Source: Desulfatiglandales bacterium
Lineage (GTDB): Bacteria > Desulfobacterota > DSM-4660 > Desulfatiglandales > HGW-15
Assembly: GCA_963667015.2 (NCBI GenBank)
Contig: CAXXJJ010000004.1
Span: 588,874 to 652,873, forward strand
Direction: 5' to 3'
Length of the DNA stretch: 64,000 bases
Every line of letters begins with the position of its first letter. Position 1 is the first letter of the stretch. This document shows positions 58,319-64,000 of this stretch, one piece after another. Position numbers and translations under genes: made by a program. Under the pieces are notes generated by a model. It did not search any database. It was given only the letters and a program-made list of their open reading frames with translations, and had not been told where the DNA came from.

Positions 58319-61129
58319 TCAGTTGGACCCTTCCCAATAGTCTTGTCGATCAATTGGTGTATGCAGAAGGTAGTATTCGTTACTGTACTTCTTTGTCATA
58401 TTCAAATCGTTTTTATATTCAACCTCATTGCCCATTTTGCGGTATATCTCAGATCTGTATAGATAGGCTAAGGCATTATTAGGATCTTTTTCTATAACCC
58501 TGCTGAAATCAGAAATGGCTTTATCAAGCTGGCCTTTCTTTTCATAAGCCAGCCCTCTATTGATATAACTGGCAAGTGATTCAACAACCATGTATTTTTT
58601 TAATATATTTGCAAACCTCCGTGAGGCTGGGCCATAATACTTGAAGACATACTTAGGAACACTTCTTGTGCTATTAATAATAAGAGAATTAAAGTCCTGT
58701 CCCGCTTTTGGATAAAGTATCGGGTTGATAAATGCATCAGGTCTTTCAGATATTATTTCTATAGCCTTGCTATAATCATTTACAGCTTTATCAAGTTCAC
58801 CAATGTCTTCGTATGCCGTCCCGCGGTTGTTATACGCATTGATAAGATCAGGGTTTATCTCCAGTGCCTTGCTATAATCATCAATCGCCTGCCTGTACTC
58901 GCCGTCACTGTAATATGCATTGCCGCGAAGCAGGTAAGTTCCGGCATCTGCACCATCCAGGTCAAGAACCTTTGAAAAGTCTTTAATAGCCTTGCTAATT
59001 TTGCTACCGAGAAACGGTTGGAGATGTGCAATGCCTCTGCTTAAGTATGCTGATGAGTATTGGGGATCTATTTTAATAGCCCTGGTATAATCGGCAATGG
59101 CCTGTGGATATGATTGTTTTGCGAAATAGGCATTGCCCCGGTTAATGTACGCATTAATATTTACAGGATCAATCTTTATGGCTTTTTTATAATCCTTTAT
59201 AGCCTTTTTAAAGATTTGATCGGCCTGTTTATCTCTCTTCATGCGCTGTTTATATCCCTCTTTATTAGCCCATGACTTTACCTGGTTGATGTATTCGCTC
59301 CTGTTCGCATAGCGTTCTTTCGAGGCATTCACATATGCCAGTCCCCGGTTATTATACGCTGCAGCATCATCAGGGTTTATCTTAATCGCCTTTGTGTAAT
59401 CTTTTATGGCCTGTTCATAATCCTGTTTATCCATATAGTGATTACCGCGAAGTATGTACAGTCTGGCATCCGAATCATTCAGTTCTATCTGCCTGTTTAA
59501 ATCTGCAATTGCACTATCAATATCCACTTTTTTAGTATCAATTGCGGCATCTTCAGGTATGACAGTTGAAATCGCATTATCGGGGACAGCAGCAGAGTTC
59601 AAATCAGGATTTTCCTCGGTTTCATTCTGTGCCAATACTGGATTTTCTGCCTGATCTTTTATTAATTCGGGTTCATCGGACGATTGGACACTGGCTAAAT
59701 CAATCGTTTTTTCATTCTTATTCATTGCCTTTGTATCAACAGATGCCATAACAATAACCGGCTCTTTATTCTCCTGCACCTGATTGTTTGACAATTCTTT
59801 CTGAGGCATTGTTTCGGTATTCGGTATTGACTGCAGATTGTCAGCTTCATTAAAAGCTTTTGGTTCGAGTATATTTTCTTGTACAGGTTTTTGGTCCTCT
59901 TTTGTTATCGAAACAATGTTTATTACTTGTATTGGTTCCAGTAATTCTTTTGCTGTATTGTTGAATTCTACTGACTTGACCCGGGCATGAATACCCGCAA
60001 TGCTAAACGTCAGAACAGCAATGCACACAAATACTATTGTTTTAAAACTCAATCTTGTATTCATGGCATTACTCCTTTTACTGGACAGGATCTGTTCTAC
60101 CCTTTTAATAAGGTTAAAACCTTTCCCGGCCATACCGGAAGCAAATGGTATATTGCTAATCAATGATACCTTTTCTGCCAGGTTCATAAGGCATCTTGAG
60201 TAATCCGCTGGCGAAAGCTCATTTAATACATAATTATCAGATACCTCTTCCCTTGCCTGTTCATGCTCCCTGTTTATGATATATACAAACGGGTTCCACC
60301 AGTGAAAGGCTATTACAAATCGTTTAATGCTCCCTGTTATCTGGTCATAGTGGTATATGTGCGCCATCTCATGAAGAAGGATGCTTTTTAGTTCATTATC
60401 ACTCATAGTATCCAACAGTTTTTCAGGGATAATGATTGCAGGATGTATAAAACCAATAGCCATTGGAGACTCTATCAGGGATGAGCGGTAGAGCCTGGGA
60501 ATAATGCGGCCCTTCCTGAATAATGTTACTGCTATATTATTCAGCATATTATTAAAGGATGCATCCTTTACAGCTTCAAGATTGCCTTTAAACATTCTTA
60601 CTATTATTAATCCATAGCCAAGCCTCAACACCTGGAACAGGACACCCATCAGCCAGATAATACCCAGTGCATTAATAAAAATAATCGCCTGTTCCTTTAA
60701 AGAAATAGATAAGGAATAGGGCTCTGAAACAGCTTGACCAACAATAATGTCATCGGAATATAACAATGGAGCAGATGATGTTGCAGGCGATGGCGCAGGG
60801 GAAACAACAGGCAATTGCTCAATCGGTGATTGCATTTCCCCCACTAGAGGCGGTATTTTTACCATCTCTGTAATCTTTCTTTCATTAAGCCCTGCAGGAG
60901 CATACTGAGTAAAGTCTGCGTCATACAGTCTGTATCCGAAGAAGATAACAAACATAAGACCCAGGGCTGCCATTGTCGCAGAGCAGACAAGACTCCGGAC
61001 AGGCGCAGATCGTCTGGAAAGGAGTCTGATTGCTGCAATCCCGATAAGGGAAACCAGAGTAGACTGCAGGGCCAGGCTCATAATATAACCTGCAAGCTCC
61101 TGATTCGATATAAAAGAGGGAATAACCAT
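58319..61129 (-). CDS. M56 (BlaR1-like) membrane metalloprotease-sensor fused to a long TPR domain
   Basis: N-terminal TM helices, HExxH (LLHEMAHIYHYD, around 60361-60385), a further TM helix and many TPR units (..AYNNRGLAY.., ..AYINRGNAYF..). GGAGG RBS before ATG at 61129. Confidence 0.85.
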   Translation of the reverse strand: MVIPSFISNQELAGYIMSLALQSTLVSLIGIAAIRLLSRRSAPVRSLVCSATMAALGLMFVIFFGYRLYDADFTQYAPAGLNERKITEMVKIPPLVGEMQSPIEQLPVVSPAPSPATSSAPLLYSDDIIVGQAVSEPYSLSISLKEQAIIFINALGIIWLMGVLFQVLRLGYGLIIVRMFKGNLEAVKDASFNNMLNNIAVTLFRKGRIIPRLYRSSLIESPMAIGFIHPAIIIPEKLLDTMSDNELKSILLHEMAHIYHYDQITGSIKRFVIAFHWWNPFVYIINREHEQAREEVSDNYVLNELSPADYSRCLMNLAEKVSLISNIPFASGMAGKGFNLIKRVEQILSSKRSNAMNTRLSFKTIVFVCIAVLTFSIAGIHARVKSVEFNNTAKELLEPIQVINIVSITKEDQKPVQENILEPKAFNEADNLQSIPNTETMPQKELSNNQVQENKEPVIVMASVDTKAMNKNEKTIDLASVQSSDEPELIKDQAENPVLAQNETEENPDLNSAAVPDNAISTVIPEDAAIDTKKVDIDSAIADLNRQIELNDSDARLYILRGNHYMDKQDYEQAIKDYTKAIKINPDDAAAYNNRGLAYVNASKERYANRSEYINQVKSWANKEGYKQRMKRDKQADQIFKKAIKDYKKAIKIDPVNINAYINRGNAYFAKQSYPQAIADYTRAIKIDPQYSSAYLSRGIAHLQPFLGSKISKAIKDFSKVLDLDGADAGTYLLRGNAYYSDGEYRQAIDDYSKALEINPDLINAYNNRGTAYEDIGELDKAVNDYSKAIEIISERPDAFINPILYPKAGQDFNSLIINSTRSVPKYVFKYYGPASRRFANILKKYMVVESLASYINRGLAYEKKGQLDKAISDFSRVIEKDPNNALAYLYRSEIYRKMGNEVEYKNDLNMTKKYSNEYYLLHTPIDRQDYWEGSN
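59762..60600. repeat. Near-identical block shared by the two M56-TPR genes (copy A)
   Basis: Aligns without indels to 62679-63517 (constant offset of 2917 nt), with only scattered substitutions. Confidence 0.85.
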
Positions 61130-61133
61130 TTAT

Positions 61134-64000
61134 TTACCTCCATAAATCTGTTTCCGTTCTAAGGTATTCCTTTAAGAAGTGATAAGAAGAGTCAGGGGAT
61201 CCTTCCCAATAACCTTGTCGATTATTTGGTTCATGCAGATCGTTGTATTCGTTACTGTACTTCTTTACCATATTTAAATCGTTTTTATATTCAACCTCAT
61301 TGCCCATTTTGCGGTATATCTTAGATCTGTATAGATAGGCTAAGGCATTATTCGGATCTATTTCTATAACCCTGCTGAAATCAGAAATGGCTTTATCAAG
61401 CTGGCCTTTTTTATCATAAGCCAGCCCTCTTTTGATGTAGCTGGCAAGTGGTCCCATAACTATGAATAGTGTATTTATTACTTGATCGTGGTTATACCGG
61501 GTATCTCTTCTATTGTAATAATCACCGTAACGATCGTTGTAATCATAAGGAGGGTTAAGAAAATATACATGAGAAGTATAATAAGAAAAGGGCTTTTGAA
61601 TAACTTTAGAATAAAAATTCGGGTTGATATTGGTATCAGGGTTTTTAGAGATTATCTCTATTGCCTTGCTGTAATCATATATTGCTTTATCAAGTTCACC
61701 CATGTCTTCGTAAGCCATCCCGCGGTTGTCATATGCATTGATAAGATCAGGGTTTATCTCCAATACCTTGCTATAATCATTAATCGCCTGCCATAGTTCG
61801 CCGTTACTGTAATATGCATTGCCTCGAAACAGGTAATTTCCTGCGTCCCTACCACCCAGTTCAATGGCCTTTGAAAAGTCTTTAATAGCATTGCTGAAGC
61901 TGTTATCCGCGAAATAGGCAATGCCCCTGTTTATGTATGCTAATGAGAATTCGGGATCTATTTTAATTGCCCTGGTATAATCGGAAATAGCCTTTTTATA
62001 CGATTGTTTCGCGAAATAGGCATTGCCCCGGTTAATATACGCATTAATATTTTCAGGATCTTTCTTTATGGCCTGTTTATAGTCCTTTATTGCCTTTTCA
62101 AAAAATAACTTATCGGCCCATTTCCAGTTTCTCATGAACTGTTTAAAAAAATCCTTTTGAGCCTGTTTATTGTCCTTCATGGCCTTTTCAAATTCCTCTT
62201 TATTCATATATGCCTGTTGCGGGTATATGATTTCTTCCCACATATTCACATATGCTAGTCCCCGGTTATTGTACGCTGCAGCATCGCCAGGGTTTATATC
62301 TATCGCCTTAGTGTAATCATTTATTGCCTGTTCATAATCCTGTTTATCCATGTGGAGATTACCGCGAAGCATGTACAGCCCGGCATCAGATTCATTCAGT
62401 TCTATTTGCCTGCTTATCTCTGCAATTGCAGTATCAATATCCTGTTCTTTAGGATCATTTGCGGCATCTTCAGGTGTGACATTTGAAATCGCATTATCGG
62501 GGACAGCAGCAGATTTCAAATCAGGATATTCTGCGGTTTCATTCTGTGCCAATACTAGATTTTCTGCCAGATCTTTTATTAATTCGGGTTCGTCGGATGA
62601 TTGGATACTGGCTAAATCAATCGGCTTTTCAATCTTATTCATAGCCTTTGTATCAATAGACGCCATAACAATAACCGACTCTTTATTCTCCTGCACCTGA
62701 TTGTTTGACAATTCTTTCTGAGGCATTGTTTCGGTATTCGGTATTGACTGCAAATTGTCAGCTTCATTAACAGCTTTTGGTTCGAGTATATTTTCTTGTA
62801 CAGGTTTTTGGTCCTCTTTTGTTATCGAAACAATGTTTATTACTTGTATTGGTTCCAGTAATTCTTTTGCTGTATTGTTGAATTCTACTGACTTGACCCG
62901 GGCATGAATACCCGCAATGCTAAACGTCAGAACAGCAATGCACACAAATACTATTGTTTTAAAACTCAATCCTGTATTCATGGCATTACTCCTTTTACTG
63001 GACAGGATCTGTTCTACCCTTTTAATAAGGTTAAAACCTTTCCCGGCCATACCGGAAGCAAATGGTATATTGCTAATCAATGATACCTTTTCTGCCAGGT
63101 TCATAAGGCATCTTGAGTAATCCGCTGGCGAAAGCTCATTTAATACATAATTATCAGATACCTCTTCTCTGGCCTGTTCATGTTCCCTGTTAATGATATA
63201 TACAAACGGGTTCCACCAGTGAAAGGCTATTACGAATCGTTTAATGATCCCTGTTATCTGGTCATAGTGGTATATGTGCGCCATCTCATGCAGAAGGATG
63301 CTTTTGAGTTCATTATCACTCATAGTATCCAACAGTTTTTCAGGGATAATGATTGCAGGATGTATAAAACCAATAGCCATTGGGGACTCTATCAGGGATG
63401 AGCGGTAGAGCCTGGGAACAATGCGGCCTTTCCTGAATAATGTTACCGCAATATTGTTCAGCATATTATTAAAGGATGAATCATTTACAGCTTCAAGGCT
63501 GTTTTTAAACATTCTTACTACTATTAATCCATAACCAAGCCTTGATAACTGAAAAAGTACCCCGATAATCCATATGAAGCCCAGAATGTTTATAAGGATA
63601 ATTAAGGTAGAGGATAAACTGATAGAGTATGGAAAATGTGCCAGGGCCGGAGTCGAATAACCTGTATCGTTAATTAATGGAGTATATGATTGTGTAATAG
63701 GGAATTGTGCAGGTTCAATCGGTGATGGTTTATACTGAATCGGTAATTGTTCATCCTGTTTTAAAACAGGTATAACATCTGATATCGTTTTCTGCTCAAT
63801 AACAGGGTTTGGTTTACTTTGCCATGATATGTCAGCTAAACGAACACCTGTAAAGATCACAATGAGTAATCCCATTGCAATTATTGCAGCAGCACAGACA
63901 AGGCTGCGAAGAGGGGCAGGTTTTTTGGAGAGCATTTTTATCAGAACAAGCCCTGTTATAGATATCAGGATAGACTGTACTCCCAATGTTATAAAAAAAC
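61134..64000 (-). CDS. M56 (BlaR1-like)-TPR protein, tandem paralog; the 5' end probably runs off the window
   Basis: Same architecture and the same HEMAHIYHYD motif. The frame stays open to position 64000, and alignment with the paralog suggests about 15 more N-terminal codons. The track start at 63986 is a TTG. Confidence 0.8.
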   Translation of the reverse strand, partial: FFITLGVQSILISITGLVLIKMLSKKPAPLRSLVCAAAIIAMGLLIVIFTGVRLADISWQSKPNPVIEQKTISDVIPVLKQDEQLPIQYKPSPIEPAQFPITQSYTPLINDTGYSTPALAHFPYSISLSSTLIILINILGFIWIIGVLFQLSRLGYGLIVVRMFKNSLEAVNDSSFNNMLNNIAVTLFRKGRIVPRLYRSSLIESPMAIGFIHPAIIIPEKLLDTMSDNELKSILLHEMAHIYHYDQITGIIKRFVIAFHWWNPFVYIINREHEQAREEVSDNYVLNELSPADYSRCLMNLAEKVSLISNIPFASGMAGKGFNLIKRVEQILSSKRSNAMNTGLSFKTIVFVCIAVLTFSIAGIHARVKSVEFNNTAKELLEPIQVINIVSITKEDQKPVQENILEPKAVNEADNLQSIPNTETMPQKELSNNQVQENKESVIVMASIDTKAMNKIEKPIDLASIQSSDEPELIKDLAENLVLAQNETAEYPDLKSAAVPDNAISNVTPEDAANDPKEQDIDTAIAEISRQIELNESDAGLYMLRGNLHMDKQDYEQAINDYTKAIDINPGDAAAYNNRGLAYVNMWEEIIYPQQAYMNKEEFEKAMKDNKQAQKDFFKQFMRNWKWADKLFFEKAIKDYKQAIKKDPENINAYINRGNAYFAKQSYKKAISDYTRAIKIDPEFSLAYINRGIAYFADNSFSNAIKDFSKAIELGGRDAGNYLFRGNAYYSNGELWQAINDYSKVLEINPDLINAYDNRGMAYEDMGELDKAIYDYSKAIEIISKNPDTNINPNFYSKVIQKPFSYYTSHVYFLNPPYDYNDRYGDYYNRRDTRYNHDQVINTLFIVMGPLASYIKRGLAYDKKGQLDKAISDFSRVIEIDPNNALAYLYRSKIYRKMGNEVEYKNDLNMVKKYSNEYNDLHEPNNRQGYWEGSPDSSYHFLKEYLRTETDLWR
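62679..63517. repeat. Near-identical block shared by the two M56-TPR genes (copy B)
   Basis: See copy A. The block covers the protease core, the following TM helix and the linker. Confidence 0.85.

Overview
This 64-kb chromosomal segment has a gene content that fits an anaerobic Desulfobacterota (Desulfobacterales-like) genome; that taxonomic call is an inference, not a search result. I found no rRNA, tRNA or CRISPR array.

Contents from left to right:
1. 1-3.5 kb: a minus-strand N-type ATPase operon (beta, epsilon, AtpQ, AtpR, a, c, and the start of b).
2. 3.6-10.3 kb: small membrane proteins, a DUF481 outer-membrane protein, a Ca2+/Na+ antiporter, a stand-alone CBM48 protein, a LOG-family protein, an ADP-forming acyl-CoA synthetase alpha-type protein and a hypothetical protein.
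3. 10.3-15.9 kb: a soluble histidine kinase with an NreB-like Cys cluster, next to a MacAB-type efflux system (adaptor, two FtsX permeases, ATPase).
4. 16.2-19.6 kb: a resolvase homolog lacking the canonical catalytic Ser, a tiny MshEN-like protein, a pterin-binding methyltransferase and a putative lipoprotein.
5. 19.7-31.8 kb: an island of exported pterin-dependent redox enzymes. It holds a Tat-signal 4Fe-4S protein with an AOR-family enzyme, a PaoABC-like molybdenum hydroxylase whose large subunit is separated from its 2Fe-2S and FAD subunits, and an exported rhodanese-like protein without the catalytic Cys.
6. 31.8-40.1 kb: ADP-ribosylglycohydrolase, Cys-type sulfatase, MBL hydrolase, SDR, a bicupin-like protein, MarR and AsnB.
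7. 40.2-47.5 kb: a quaternary-amine cluster (FAD oxidoreductase, OpuC-type ABC importer, C-N hydrolase, non-pyrrolysine MttB-family methyltransferase).
8. 48.0-54.5 kb: a PEP-CTERM protein, a coiled-coil membrane protein, a DUF72 protein and a second ADP-ribosylglycohydrolase, followed from 52.7 kb by decayed mobile-element debris (truncated large serine recombinase, two SF1-helicase fragments, orphan HicB).
9. 54.5-57.9 kb: a 1125-aa secreted protein with 20 plant-type LRRs fused to a clan-CD (gingipain-like) peptidase signature.
10. 58.3-64.0 kb: two tandem M56(BlaR1-like)-TPR paralogs with a mosaic pattern of near-identity.

The most interesting signal lies inside the island. Two ORF-track entries (22939..23316 and 23335..24672) are in the same frame and separated only by a TGA. 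That TGA sits in a G-U-D-S-C (UxxC) redox motif and is followed by a short hairpin, so I read them as one 577-aa exported selenoprotein. In the same island, the Tat-exported 2Fe-2S subunit carries an exact classical C2H2 zinc-finger consensus.
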